DNA of 63,925 nucleotides, filler included, from Atractiella rhizophila (Eukaryota): assembly GCA_021432655.1 (NCBI GenBank). It is 4 parts of 3 records of this genome, joined end to end, with 100 filler letters (N's around TTAATTAATTAA, not from the genome) between each part and the next. Parts side by side here need not be neighbours in the genome. Positions count along the whole stretch, not along the records: positions 24,798 to 50,894 come from MU271215.1; 3 more parts are not named here. One strand, written 5' to 3'. A program made the position numbers and the translations under genes. This document shows positions 26,154 through 39,977 of this stretch, one piece after another (position 1 is the first letter of the stretch; the number at the start of each line of letters is the position of its first letter). The notes under the pieces are model-generated. The model searched no databases and was not told where the DNA came from. It worked only from the letters and a program-made list of their open reading frames with translations.

Positions 26154-29100
26154 CTAGGGTATCAAAGATGTCTGCCATGGATGCTTGAGTAGTTCGGCAG
26201 CAGTAGGACGTTCGAGGTGATTACTGTGTGCACGTTCAGCTTGACAGTTAGTCACGTAATGGAACACATACATGAGGAACGTCTGCTCCAAGAAGTGCTG
26301 AGCATGCTCAGTGATATCGTCAGGAATCGTAGGTCGGGCAGAAGAGCCTATCTGGAAGGAAGTCAGCAAATAGCTCGAATTTACAGGAGATAATGATTAC
26401 CTTGAAAATCGCCTGCATTTGGGTCAAGTTTGCCCAAGGATGAGAGCCAGTCAACATCTCAATTATGAGACAGCCCAAGCTCCAGATGTCCGCTTTCTTG
26501 GTGTACGATGTCTGCTTCACGACTTCCGGTGCCATCCAAAATACTGAACCCTGCAGAGACGGTCGATGAACTCGGGCAGTCGCCAACAGATCTATGACAA
26601 AGTGAGAACTATGGACGGCAGTAAAGGAGAAGCGCGCACTCAGTGTGCCATCTTCAACCTTCTTCGAAATACCGAAATCGGAGATCTTGATGCCACCTTT
26701 GTTGTCGACTAGAAGCAGGGATATCAATGATCCGCAGGAGCGAGATGCAGTTAAAATGTACCAAGCACATTAGCCCCTTTGATATCACGATGGATGATAT
26801 CCTTCTCGTGAAGATATTGCAAACCTTCGAGAATTTGGCTGCTCCAAGTGCGGGTTAGCGCTTCTTCAAAAGCGCCGTAAGTTTTCAACAAAAGTTGAAC
26901 CGATCCACCAGGGACGTATTCGAGAAAAATGTTAAGGTGGACCCCATCTGAGGAAGAGTCAAGGTATTGTACGATCCCTGTTTAGCAGTCAAGTGAGGAT
27001 CGAGCGACGAGTGACTGAGAAAAACGAACGTTCGTGCTGCAACTCCTTCAGCAACTCGATCTCCCTCTCCAAGGCCTCCAGCATGCTCTTTTTTCGCTCC
27101 TCGTTGTGGGAATTTCCGGTTGGGAGTTCCACTTGCTTGACGGCCATCAGGGTTCCGTTTGTCGAGTTCATCCCGAGGCTATGAATAGATTCAACGAAAA
27201 AATTGAGTAAAGGTAGAAGGAGAGCGTACTATACGCTTCCAAAAGAACCAGCACCAATTAAGGTACCTTTAATCCACTTGACTTGAGCCTTTGCTCCTTG
27301 CGAGGTATACGCTTGAGGCTTATCCTCCTCGTCTTCCGTCTCCTCATCGTCCTCTTCCTCCTCTTCGTCGATGATCGGAGTAATGTTGGATGAAAGCGGT
27401 CTGTCAAAGTCATCATCGTCGTCTCCAACCATCCAACTTGCGACACTCAATCGCCGATTCTCGACTTCCGCCGCCACCTCATCCATTGTCAGCAGGCTGG
27501 CGTTGTCAGAGTCCGGTCTCCTCATACTGTTGCGAATTTGGCTCACGACACTAAGCCGATCTTGCGCATTCTGCCTTTGTGGGGGATTCCTCATCCCAAC
27601 TGAGGCGGGATGTTCCGTCAAATGGCTGTCGACAGAAGAAAGCGTTGAGCCGTCAGGGGTTGTGTCCATTGTGCTCATACGGTGAGAACCGATTGTACTG
27701 TTGCTGAACCTGGAATTGAGATTTAGCTTCTGAAAGCTGTCCCAATCGCCACGAGGGTCTGGAACAATGTATTGACTGTCGCGGCGTCGCATCGAGAGTC
27801 GGATGCTCTTTCGAACATTCTTCGTCAACTTCTTCTGGTCCGCTTGAGGGAAGAAATCCGTGAAGTTTCCATTGATGATTTCGGAAGGTGGACGTTGGCC
27901 TTGGAACCGAACACCAGCTGGGTTACCATTGACAGGCACGCCGGAAGATGGAGAGCGCAATTGTTGGGCTGCCTGACTAGCTTCCACAACGCCTAACCCA
28001 GACATGACGGAGATCGTGCTCGCGCGGTTCATTTTTCGAGGAATAAATGTCGCGTCTGTTTCGGGTTCATATTCTTCGGTGTAAGCGCCTCCCATTGCTT
28101 CTGCATGAGGCGTTGGAGGAGAAGCTGGTTCAATTTGGGTAGCAGGGATCTGGAGGTCAAGGTAAGGGGAGGAAGGTGTCGCAATTGTTGGTCCATGGAT
28201 ACCGAAGAACTCTTGAAGCTTTCGATTTTTCCTCTTAGGCCCGTCAGAATGGTGCATCTTCCTCAACATCAAACCTCGCTGTCTATCAGCCCGTGTTCCA
28301 TTGCGGCAAATGTCCATCAACTCCCCTTTTGTAAGCCCCTTAGTTTGACCATCCGCCGTAGACCCAAACACTCCCCATCCTTCCATCTCCGCCATATCCT
28401 CGTCATCATCGCTATCTTCAAAATCTTGAGGAAATTGGTCCTTTCCAAACTTCCCAAACTTTCGCAAAACAGTGAGCATAACCTGAGACGCGGTATCGGA
28501 ATCCGAAAAATGCATCATCTTCGACACTCCGTCATCACCTTTGAATTTAACCGTCTTGTTCATTAGATCGTCCAACGACGGAGTTGTCCCATGTCCACCA
28601 ACAGAAACTGTCCCAGCTGGAGTTGACGGACGGCCAAAACCTCCTTTTCCAACAGAGAAACCTAGGCCACCAGCTTCCTTCCTCTGAGGTACAGCAATTT
28701 CGAGGTTCTGGTGTGCTTCATAGTTGGAAGGTTTCCGATAAGAAGGTTCCGTGGGAGAACCAGCGTAGAAGCCGCCTTGATTAGGTGTCTGAGCTGTAGA
28801 AGGACGCTGATTTGCCGAAGAGACGGAAACAGTCGGAGGCATGACTTGAGAGAGCGAAGGGGACTTTCGATGATAGCCTGGTGTCTCTGGGAGACCCTGG
28901 GCAATGGTATTAGGTGATTTGCTCGCGCCGCGAGATTTGGTGCTGGCGGACAGGAGATTTCCGGGAGCAGGAGCCTTGGGAAGACCGTAGTCACCAGCCC
29001 AAGGCTGAGAAGAAGCAGATCCTTGGGGGGCCGTAATAGCCCGCTGGTGCGAAGAGGGTGGGGGATTGGTGGAGGACAGAAGGTTGGGAGTCTTGCTCGG

Positions 29101-29904
29101 CAGCGGTGGAGGAAGGGTTTGAGGTGGCTGTCGAGGAGAAGGACGGATTTCGTTTGCAGGAGTGGCCACCAGATGATTGCCGGTCTGAGGGTAGTGCGGC
29201 GTTTGATATGCTTGACCTAAATCACGAGAGGAAGACTGAGTAAGATGGAGAGGCGGAGGGACCTTCCCAGTTCCTCCTTTTGAACCTGGACGGCGATGCT
29301 GCCCTGTTGGAGGCCGTGAAGAAGAGACTGAAGGATTAGAGCTGGCTGTTGTTGAAGGACGGGAAGCACCATACTGGTGATTGGAAGCAGAAGAAGCCGA
29401 CGACTCGCTGCGTTCGCGCCCACCAATCTGGGCCGGGTTATATTGCTGAATGGCTGGAATCGAAACCTGCTTTTTCAGCGAATGATTACTTATGGTCGAC
29501 CCCGAGCTAGAGGCACACTGTGCTCTCAACTTCTTGATGGCGATCATAATCTTGGTCCGGTCTCCAACCAGGCGAAGTCCCAACTCTTTCAATGACTCTT
29601 GATCCATATCCAACAAGACTGACCCTCGAATATCGTTTTTGGCAAAGAGGTCCGCATAGTTGCCGACTCTGTTCTCTATCATCCATTGCTTCACCTGAGC
29701 ATCATTCCAACTCTTGACCTGGTCCATGAGCGACATGGAACTTCCAGAATCTATAGACGTGCTGGATCCATTTGCTTGCAGGTACTGAGAGTCGTACGGG
29801 CTATTTCGGTATGAGTTCATGCTTAGTGGTTGGGAGTTGTCCACAGTGGGCGAAGTCGAGACAGACGCGTGATGAAAGATGGATGGATGATAGAGAGTAG
29901 TCAT
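26154..29904 (-). CDS. STE11: MAP kinase kinase kinase Ste11 (SAM + Ras-association + kinase)
   Basis: SAM domain ([10 protein letters not shown]...[15 protein letters not shown]); [63 protein letters not shown]. Start could instead be the Met at 29820. Confidence 0.95.
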
Positions 29905-30261
29905 AACGTTGTCCACCCCCGAGACGTGGCTGATCCAACAGAGACAAAATATGAACCTTTGTTTAATCCCACCAGCAAGCCCCAATGTCGCAGAACCCAA
30001 TGTGGAACTTACTAACAATTTTTGCCCTAAAACCTTAGAGCAACCGCGGAAGTTCCTCTTCCCTTCCTTAACTCGCTCACGGTCTACGCTCACTTCTCCA
30101 AAAATCAGAATCCTGTTCCGTTGCTTGCTTTGTTACTGGAAGTAAGATAAGGTTGCGAAATCCGGCCTGCCTTTCAAACATGATTATAGTTTTCAACTTT
30201 CCACCATCGAGGTTGCAAATCGCAAATCTGTTGTCCCGCTATAATTACAAGAAACTTCAAA

Positions 30262-31105
30262 ATGGCCAGAAAGACATTCATCATAGGTGTGTTACATCAA
30301 ATTTGAGCAGCGTAGCGCAAACCATTATGCGGCAGAGCACATGGAACCAGAGGAACAAAAGGCAGAGGTAGCAGAATGGGTGCTGCTGGAGTACTCGTGC
30401 GTTCCGCTCTTCTGTCTAATACTCTCGTCCTCAAATTTACAATAGAAAAATCATTCGTACCGTTGCTCCAGATATGGATGTCGTGTTCTCGAACCTTTCC
30501 TCATCAAATCTTTCCTCTCTGCAACAAAAGCTGGCTTCTGTCCAGCCTACCCTTCCAGCCAACTTCACCCTTACCACAGAATCAGTTTCAGCCATTGTAC
30601 CGGACCCGAAATCAGCACCTGCTATTTTGCTGGATCCTCAGGGGTCAAAAGAGCTCTCGCCAGAAGATTACAGCTCAAATACACATTTCGTGTTTGGAGG
30701 GATTTTAGGTGACGACCCACCAAGAGATGTACGTTGTCGTGCCCTTTCACTAGCTCTGAGATAACATATTTGTTATCAGAGGACGTCTGCATTGAGAAAT
30801 ATGGGCTTTGTGGGGCGACATCTTGGGCCAGTAAGACACATCCATGATGTATATGTGAGCTGAGATTGAGGCAGGACCAAATGACGACAGACACCGCGGT
30901 TGCCGTCGCAAAAATAGTACTTGGAGGCAAGAAACTTGACGAAATTGAGTATTCGAAGAATCCAGAAATCGTGTTTGCACCAGGTGAAAGTGTGATGATG
31001 CCGTTCAAGTATATCAAAGGAGAAGATGGTCAACCAATCTTGCCTGCTGGCATGAAGGACCTCTTGAAAGCTGATATGGACAAAGGATTGATGGATGAGT
31101 TGTGA
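30262..31105 (+). CDS. SFM1: SPOUT-family methyltransferase Sfm1-like (DUF431)
   Basis: FII|EHME...EWVLLEY; LLDPQGSKELSPED; FVFGGILGDDPPRDRT; RHLGPDQMTTDTAV; MPFKYI...PILPAGM. Confidence 0.88.
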
Positions 31106-31238
31106 AGTAACTGTGGAGGGAATTGGCGAGCGGTGAGATGGCCATTCGTTTTGCAAGAGGTATACATAATTACAAGGTGAAATTAAAGCCTCTCTAAGGC
31201 AATTTAGCTATCGAGGTCATGCAGGTTCATATATATGC

Positions 31239-32082
31239 CTAATGATGCGTAGGCTTCGATCCTGCACAGAAAATCATTCAGCATGAACGACTGGATCAGG
31301 TAAAAAGGAATACCATCAACCCGCATATTTCTTGTTGCACTCGGAAGCGTAACAGTCATGCCATCCATTTCCTTAGTTATTTTGACCTGACAACCAAGCC
31401 GAGAGGTGTCGGTCAGACCGAAAGCAAGGTCGAGCATATCGTTCTCTTCATCTGATGGTTCTTCGAGATTGTCGTAAATCTTTGGCTCAAGAATGACATG
31501 GCATGTCGAGCAGGCAATCGATTTTTCACAGGCAGCTTCATAGCTGTGATTAGAAATGTACACACGACCATTAAACGAATACCTTCAATGTCCAAATCCC
31601 ATTCCCACGATACATCTACTACGTCGTCCCCTACATTTGCTTGAACGGTTTTGATGTGTTCTCCATTGTGTTTCTTGAAATGTATCGTTACTCTGAATTA
31701 GAGTTCAGTCTTAGAGCCTAGACAGAGCTGTCGGAGAGCAGGAAAAGGCTGACCCTTCACCTTCAGCTGGCTTCCCGTGGCCTCCGTGCCGGTCAGCTGG
31801 ATCAGCATCACCGTCAGCAGGACGAAAGCACACAGGAGGAGACATCAAAGATAGAAAGAGTTATTGCAGTCGCCACTGACAACCACCACAAAACAGAAAA
31901 GAGTACGCACTTGTAGTGTTAGAAAAGTATCTCGTCCCATTCGCCAGTCGCCATGGCCTATCTCCAAAGAACTGCTCTTCCCTCTGCAATTGTCTTCTAA
32001 CAACACCCAACTTTCCCCCCTGCTTATAAATAGCGCGAGATGCTGCTATGGCAGGTGTAATGGCACGAAAAACGCAGTTCAT
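31239..32082 (-). CDS. YAH1: Mitochondrial adrenodoxin-type [2Fe-2S] ferredoxin
   Basis: Basic presequence; [55 protein letters not shown]. Confidence 0.93.
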
Positions 32083-32198
32083 CCTTGAAAGCAAGTAGGA
32101 GCAAAAGCACTCTGGTGGGCGGATTACGGAACCGATTCCCCCAAACAAGCTTGTTACTCAAGCAACTAATTATTGTTTGAAGTAATTAGGCTGCCAAT

Positions 32199-33341
32199 AT
32201 GACAACTCCAGCTCCATATCCTATACCGGGGCGGTGCATCGAAGAGCATGACCATAGGACTGCTGTGTTATCGACCCTGGTCTGCATTGGGCTTGTCATC
32301 TCCTATCTCCCCCAACAATGGCGAATTTTCAGCTCCAAGTCCTCTCAAGGTCTTTCCCATTACTTCTTATTCCTCGGGAGCACGAGTAGCATTAGTAGTT
32401 TTGCAAATGTCTTGGTATTGCAGTGGGAGGTGGTGAAATGTTGCAGTAAAACGGTCTGCTTGTTGTTCTTGTAGGACGTGAGGCAGAGCTGACGTCAGGG
32501 AATAGAGCAAGATGGGATGTTTTGAGAATGTTTTGGGGGTTATACAAGTTGGGTTGCAGATGTTTATGTTCAATGTTGTGTGTGTGATCCTCTTCGTTCG
32601 TCCTAGTCACGTGACTTAACTCCTGTACCTCAGCTTTGTTCTTTTCATGATCTACTACCCACCAACGCTTAAGTATGACATACACATAGCGTCCTTGTCC
32701 TCAACTCATCCCACGCCTACGCCGGCTACGACAATCACGAAGACATACCGCACTTCACTTTCTCTGTTTTACTTCACCTTCACCTACACAGTGGTAGTGC
32801 TCTCGCTCACCATCGGCATACCTCTTTTCTCCTCACCGGGATCGAGCCATCCGTCTAACTTTGCAGCGGTCATGGGAATAATCTCAGCCATTCTCGCGAT
32901 GACACAATATCTCCCCCAACTCCTGCACACCTTCATGGCCAAAGTCGTTGGCAGTTTGAGCATACCCATGATGTGTATTCAGACTCCGGGAACGGTCGTA
33001 TTCATCTTGGCTTTGGTTGGGAGGGAAGGTGTCAATTGGACGACCTGGTTGACCTACGTAAGCAACTTTCCTGTTGGCGTGCATACTTTTAGGGCTGCCT
33101 TGTTGATGGATGCATATAGAGCGTCACAGGCGTCTGTCAGGGTTGTCTTCTCATCATGTGCATACTTTGGAAGATCAGACAGAGGGCGAAGGGGATCGAT
33201 GATTATGGAAAACCTGTGAATGGGCATGTGAGAGAATGGGTGGAGGAACAACAAAGATTGCTGGATGACGCAGTGGTCGAGTCCGAAGACGGTGAGCGCG
33301 AGAGCTACGGAGCTACTCAGAACAGCGCTGCCGCTCATTGA
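32199..33341 (+). CDS. PQ-loop repeat membrane transporter
   Basis: Two PQ loops (ISYLPQQWRIFSSKSSQGLS; QYLPQLLHTFMAKVVGSLSIPMMCIQTPG), about 7 TM segments and a C-terminal EQQRLL dileucine signal. Confidence 0.88.
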
Positions 33342-33467
33342 GGCGACGTTTGAGGCAAAGATGTGGTTTGATTCTGGGTTTTCTAATGGGCAGACGGACA
33401 ATTCTGTGATTGTGCGTATCCTAATAGATTTTCTTTCTTAATCATTCAATATAAGCTGCCCACTTGG

Positions 33468-34120
33468 CTATCGAAGTACTACACCTCGCCCGCGTAACTC
33501 TAAGTAGCTTTGGATCGTATGAGGATGCTGATGCCTGGTGTGAATCTCCCTACGTAAGTTCAAAGAGAAACGCACGAATCCTTTGATCACCTCATAAATC
33601 TCAACGGAGTGATAACGAAGTTGCGTTTTTGGATCGACGTATTTGGCTTCTAAGCCAGTTACGTCGCAATATTTCTTGGGAGGAAGAAGTGAAGGCGGAG
33701 CTTGGTAGTTATGATCTGAAGACAATGAGAAAAAATATGAGGACCGCGTGAGATTCTCACAGCACATCCAATCCCCACCGTCTTCTTGATCTTCCATCAC
33801 CACGTCCTCGCCGGCTGTACTGTTCTTCTTCGCTTCTCTTTCAGCTCTGATGGCTGCCGCCCTTTCTCTCTCCTGAGTCAAAATCTGTTTGAGGTTCTTG
33901 TTCTTTCTAGAATTACGTGAGTCTTGGTACTTGGTGAAATTGGGATTTTTCCATGGCCGCGGTGCACCAGAGTAGGAAAGCGTTTCTGCTGGGGACTGAA
34001 CTGCTGGCCCAGGAGTTCCACTTTGAGGCGTGTCTTGAGCAGAACGAGATTTCGTTGACCCTCGCGGTGGTGCCCTTCAAATACTGATGAGCATATTCTG
34101 AAAAGGGAGAGAACTCACAT
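33468..34120 (-). CDS. IES6: INO80 complex subunit Ies6 (YL1-C domain)
   Basis: PRPWKNPNF...KNKNLKQILTQER; APPSLLPPKKYCDVTGLEAKYVDPKTQLRYH...IQSYLELRG. Start codon inferred as AT|G split by an intron at 34075-34118. Confidence 0.9.
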
Positions 34121-34480
34121 TTTGCAACTTGAACAACACAATTGCAATGGTGTTCGTTAGGTTTGTTTGGCGCGAAGCAGTTACAAGACTCGGAAGAGTG
34201 TTTTGCCGACAACGGGAATTGCAGTTTGCTCATCTCTGCCTCATATTTGCGAGCACGATAACATTAGGGACTCACACATCGACACGTCTCTGTGAGTGAC
34301 CGAAATAAGCAAATTGGGAGTACTGAAGTTCAAGCCGAACTCGTGATAGCACGAGAGCAAACTAGCATTTGACGTTTCCTTCCACTTGAACTTTGGGCAG
34401 TTATAAAGGTTTGTACTTCTCTTATCCCTGAGATTCTTTGCGCCAAGTGATTTATCTCATTGCCCGCGCTGCTAGATCCA

Positions 34481-35602
34481 ATGGCTTCCCCAGCAATCTC
34501 CCAGTCACTCAAGACTATCATTAATGCACGAGCGTTTCCCACCCTCCCCTCTGCTGCTTCCACCGTCTCTCTACTTTCCTCCTTGCGAAACGAAACACAT
34601 AAACACCGCCTTAATGACCAAGTTTGGATCACCTTGACCGTTCGTACTCTCCTTGTGCGGTTGATGAGACAGTTACTGAATCGTCGATGCAAGTAGACGG
34701 CTTCCTTGTTCTCTCTCAACCTCCCGAGCTCGGTGAAGACGTTTGTCAGCTATCTTCAGTCTCCCAGCGTCTCTTCTAGCTTGCAGGAGAAGACTCACAA
34801 GGTTGAATTCGCGAGAGAAGCGGGTCTAAAATGCGTCAGCTTCATTGGCATCGCCAAAGCAAGCTTTGCTCATTTCTCTATATAGCTGTGCTGAAAATAA
34901 TCCAAACAGGTGATCAACAATATGCATGCATTGGCTGAGGCCGTGGAACCTGAAACTAATGCGACTCTGCGAAAGCAAGGCCGCAGGGATATCCTGCCCG
35001 ATAATGTGAACGATACGAAGCAGCGCGGTGTGAGTCCCTACACACAACTGTTAATGGATAAATACTGACATGCGATGGACTCGTAGTACAATACGTGGTC
35101 TTCTATATACACACCATTCCATGACAAGCTCATCTCGCGGTTGGCCGACTCGCACCCTGATTTACCAATCCACATTCTCCAGTCCCACTACTCTTATCTC
35201 CTCTCGGATCCTCCCAATTCTTCTCCCTCCTCCGACCACGCGTTGGCGCCAGTCAATGTCGGTCGCATGCTGGTCAGTTGCACTGGCATCGGATGTTTGC
35301 GAGTGATGAATCCACCCTGCACACCACAGGTTCGTCTTTCCCTCCTATTTTAAGCTCAGTTGAAGAGCTACTAATTTTGCTGGGATGATTGCACATAGTT
35401 GTTGTCTCACATATTCGGATTGAGGAAGTGCGAGAACATTCCAGAGAAGGATCTGGATACGAAGGACGTCGGAGAAAATTGGAGGTGGCTGATTTCCGAT
35501 GAAGGGAGTGAATGGATCCTCAGGTTCTGCGATCAGTTGGAGAACCACCTTCTCCCTTCTAGCTCGCAGAGCGGTCCTGTTGCGACGGGTAGCAAGTTGT
35601 AA
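34481..35602 (+). CDS. AhpD/carboxymuconolactone decarboxylase-like protein (Pxp2-like)
   Basis: REAGLKCVSFIGIAK|VINNM; WSSIYTPFHDKLISRLADSHPDLPIHILQSHYSYLLSD; GCLR...PQLLSHIFGLRK; WLISDEGSEWIL. Confidence 0.65.
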
Positions 35603-36799
35603 TGATCTCGATATCGGTGGATGAAGGTGGCTGGAACTCGAACCTCAGAATTCAGTCTCATGCAAATAATTCTGCATCGTTCTTCTTCTCCTTCAAATCC
35701 TTAGCCTAACTCGGACCACCGACTTCTTCAATTCTTTCTTCTACCTGCGGTCTGTCAGGCAACAGATTGAGCCAAGAGTCCCTGTCCCTTCGTCGTCCTT
35801 CAGCCATCCATCCATACCATAGAACATCTTAGCTGGAACGTCTAGTTCCCGTTGGCTCCTTGACACACCGCTCATGATCAATTCTTTGGGTGTTCTGTTC
35901 TGCGTAGTGTTCCTCGAAGCGTCCTGTTCTGTCACAGCTAACGAAAAGGCGTGAAACAGTGCGCATCTGCTCTTGGTCTCTTACAATAGCGCTGACAATG
36001 GCGGACCGCACCGAGCGCAGCAAAGCTGAACAACTCGGTCCATTGTTTCGGTCTGTTGACTATTTTCGGCTTTAAGCCCAGAATAGTGGATCGGTTTGGA
36101 GGATGTCTTTTCTGACCAACGCCACAATGGAAGTCGCGCACCTTTTCGATTTTTCCTCAAGATTACTCCTGGATTATCAGAGGATATGTGGGAGTACATA
36201 GAGTGATCGGGCGGCCGAATGGACGATGCAAAATGGAAGAGGGGACTGGCAGTTGAAAGATAAGACCGATATTTTGGGACTATTTGTTTTCAAAAGCCCG
36301 GAGCTGGAGACCCCAAATCGGAGGTGATGTACAGCCTGTTGGTGTTGTCGAGGTTGGGGTCAAAGTGGGTCGACACCTCCATTTTTGGAGAAACGTTGAG
36401 GGCTGCATGTAATAACGATGCAGAGCTGCTTGAAAGAGCGCAAAAAGGAGATACGTAGCCACCTAAGCACGAACTGTACAAAAGGGAGTCGGCGCGTGAG
36501 CTCGGATGGGTGTCTTTAAGATAAGGTTGATTAAAGATTGCACGATTAACGTTTAAGGCGCCAAAAGTGACGCAACCCACTAAATGTTAACTTGCCTGCG
36601 CAGCACAAGGACCCAACACCTTTTCAACGTCAAGTTGGGAGGTCCGAGGTCTGCTTCCACCAGCTTCCACCATCTCGTTAGGGCTTAGACCTTGCACTGC
36701 TAACCTCACGGTTCTCCAGCCAAACCCTCCAAAAACAACCATCAACTTCGACCATATCACTCGTACTCCGAGTCGACGAGACATCCTAACCATATCCCC

Positions 36800-39213
36800 A
36801 TGAGCGTGTCCATATCCTCCATAACGAACTTCCCTTCTCTCCCTGTGCTCTCAGGACCGTATCAGCTCTCCCATATCAGAACCATCACCCCAATCGAATT
36901 TCCGTCCCCAACTTCTCCTCACAATTCTTCTAATTCTTCGCCTTGTTCAATGCTGGCGCGATCTAGCCCAGATTCTTCAAACACAGAGGCCCACAGGCTA
37001 GAAGGAGCAGCAGCACAGGAGAAAAGCTCAAGCGGTTCTCCAGCTAGTTCATTGACGAGCCAAGGAGCGACTGGTGGCAGGCTACCTTCGCTGAGACAGC
37101 TCTTTCCAGGAAATCTCGGTCCGTTACTTCCACTCTTGTTTGCAAGCTCGATTCTAACGCGAAAGCCTGACGCGTGCCCATTGATCCGTTCATTCTGTTC
37201 CTGTCTCGTGGCCACCTCGCCTTGCTCGCTCTTTCGATAATTTCATATCGCCACCTTGTTCGATCTCGTGCCGGACAAAACTCTATCCCAAACAAAACTA
37301 TTCTGTGACGCGAGCCTTCCCCTTATGACGTTTTGGACTCGCCCGTTCACTCTTGCCGCTCATAACCCGCCTGCGCTTCATCGCTTCCCCTTCCTCATAA
37401 ATACCGACGTCGGAATCTTTTTCACGACTCCAACTCCCCCTTTACCTCCGCGATCGACAGATCAACAATTACAGCTGGATCCTCAAATTCACTTCAACGT
37501 TCACCCTGGCGATGGGACCGCCACTGTGGCGAATCCAAAGAACGCAATGCCAGCAGATCAGCGTCCTTCGACCTCTGCTGGACTCTCCTCCGTCGTACAT
37601 GCGTCTTGGGATCACTCGATCGGCATGGATCAACGACCGTCCACCTCGTCTGGGATCTCTTATGCCCAGAATCCAAGCATGAGGATAGATCTCCCTCCAG
37701 TAGACTTGTCCATCACTCCTTCTGGCGCTCCCTTGCATCCTTTGCCCTCTGGGATTGTAGGTTTCTCTTCATCTATTCTGAATGAAAGGATTTAATAATG
37801 ACGTGGAACAGAGGTCGAATTCGTTCACCAATGTGAACCCAAATGGACACGGGAATGGAGAGAAATCGAATGTTCGATTCTATCAGTTCGAACCGCACAG
37901 AACACCAACGGCTGATCGACCTGACTTCATGACGGGTTACGAATCTTCGACCGTTAACGCCTCGAATCCGGCCCGAATTCCTTCAACGAGCCATCATCGA
38001 TTTTCGGACAGTTCTGCTTCTGCTTCTGCCGCCTTGGCTCAACACTTTCAGGCTGAATACCAACAACAGCTCCGCCCCGCTTCTTCCTCCGGTGCAGAAT
38101 TGCAGTCCTCTTATCATTACCAGCAACAACACCCCCATCATCACCCTTACAGCCTTCAGCCTCAAACCATCCTCCCAGCTCCACAGCAGACGCGCACACA
38201 TCCTCACCTGGCCCCCTCTCAAACTTCTCCCTCCCCTCAGTTCCAATACAACCTCCTCCCGCCCTCCAACACCTCCACTTTCTTCTCTGACATTCCCTCT
38301 CCGCCTTCCTCAATGTCATCTGTCGCTTCTTCTGGACGTTTTCCCTCTCCACCCTCTCAAGCACCAACGACTGGTCTCCCGAACCCTTTCGAGACTTTTG
38401 ATCGACTAAATGTCGATTCCGCACCTTCATCGGAAGCAGGTTCGAGGCCGACCTCTGCCGTCGTGGATCTGGATTGGGAGAGAGCGTATGCGCTCGATCG
38501 AGGAGTTTACATCCCACATTCGCAACATCATCCTCACCATGGAGGTCTCGGGGACGAAGCTGTGTTGCGCCGAAATTCGGATGGTCAAAAGGATCATCCC
38601 GCCGTCGTCCTCGCCAGAACTCCATCTCTACCCCAAATGCGCTCGGTCGCTTTTCCCTCTCAGTTCATGTATGGTCCTATAGCCCCAGGGACGACTTTCC
38701 AGGCTGCTAACGGATTGGAATTTGAGGTCGTGCCGAAGAGACAGATCGTTACCCCGAATGGGATCGTCTCCCTCCCTATCGATCCGTACGCGGCGGCCGC
38801 TAGTCAGGCAAACGCTGCTGCTGCCACCGCGGCTGGAGGGAGGTATCAGTGTCGATATTGTGATAAGAGGTTTGCGAGACCTTCGAGCTTGAAGATTCAC
38901 GTGTTCTCGCATACGGGAGAGAAACCTTTCAAGTGCAACATCTGCGGTAGGGGGTTCTCGGTCCAGGTCGGTTCATTCTCATTGGATGCAGGAGTAAACT
39001 AATGTTATGGAACAGAGCAATCTCAGACGTCATGGAAAAGTTCACGAGAGAGATCAAGCCGCTGCTGCTCTTAGTGACGCGTCGTCGAACCCTTCTCTGT
39101 CCAGAGCTGACTCTGGGTCGACCGACAACTCACATGCCAGTACAAGTGCGACTTCAGAGGAACCTTTCGACGATTACGAGGAGGAAGTCATCGATGAAGA
39201 AGGATCTTCCTGA
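36800..39213 (+). CDS. C2H2 zinc-finger transcription factor (two fingers, MtfA/Nrg1-like)
   Basis: [51 protein letters not shown]; long Ser/Pro/Gln-rich region with repeated RPSTS/RPASS motifs. Introns 37119-37460, about 37757-37788 and about 38968-39014. Start position uncertain (36800 or 36950). Confidence 0.85.
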
Positions 39214-39977
39214 TCCCATCACTATCGAATCTACCCTTTTCGCTTCGATTCTGCTAAGTAATTTTCAAAACTTCGTCCCGCGACATCTGTAGCTCAACCT
39301 CTAGCAATGCTTCGACGCTTTCGCTTCTATTTCATATCATTCCGTAAAGATAGGACCGGCTTCATCATCTTTAGTGCTTCTTCATCAGCTGTAAATACTT
39401 CCTTTCCTTTGTCCATATTGCGTATTTATAGTTTCCGAAAGGAACGTTTCCACATATGTCCATCTCCTTTTTCCATGCTCTTTCTAAGTTCGCTCAACAC
39501 AGGCAGTTTTCGAGCTTTTGATTGTGAATATTCTTCCCCAGCCATACTTTCCCGCGCAGAGCTACTAGTATCATGATTCTTGTCCTGTACAAACCGCTTC
39601 TTATAGCCAGCTCAATCCTTTTAGCGAGTTATGATGCCCAGTTTCATGTATTCTGTTGGCTATCTGGTTGTATTTACGTCGACACTATCTTCCATTACCT
39701 TCATACCCTCATAACTACGTAGCTTCTCCATAGCAAATGACCATCAGGTATATATTCACTTCCATAAAACTGAACAAAGCATAGCATAAGAGAAAAGGAT
39801 TTTAGCAGGACCTTTGCCATTGACACTTTAACTCACACGACCTATTTCAAGGTTCGGATCGTTTTCAACAATTTCAACCGACCGGCAAACTTTCCTATCA
39901 GCTTCTGCAAAGTCTTGCGTTTTTTCTTCCTCGAGTCGACTTTTTGAGGTGCAAGCCCTTCGCAAAGCGACGAGACG

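Noticed and set aside
26154..29904. Mating-type locus, because STE11 is MAT-linked in Cryptococcus
   Set aside because: No pheromone precursor, STE3 receptor, homeodomain, STE12 or STE20 gene was recognised in the window.
37954..38625. Long antisense or overlapping ORFs (also 52961-53605, 46209-46721, 20152-20853)
   Set aside because: They are shadows of real genes on the opposite strand, with no independent motifs.
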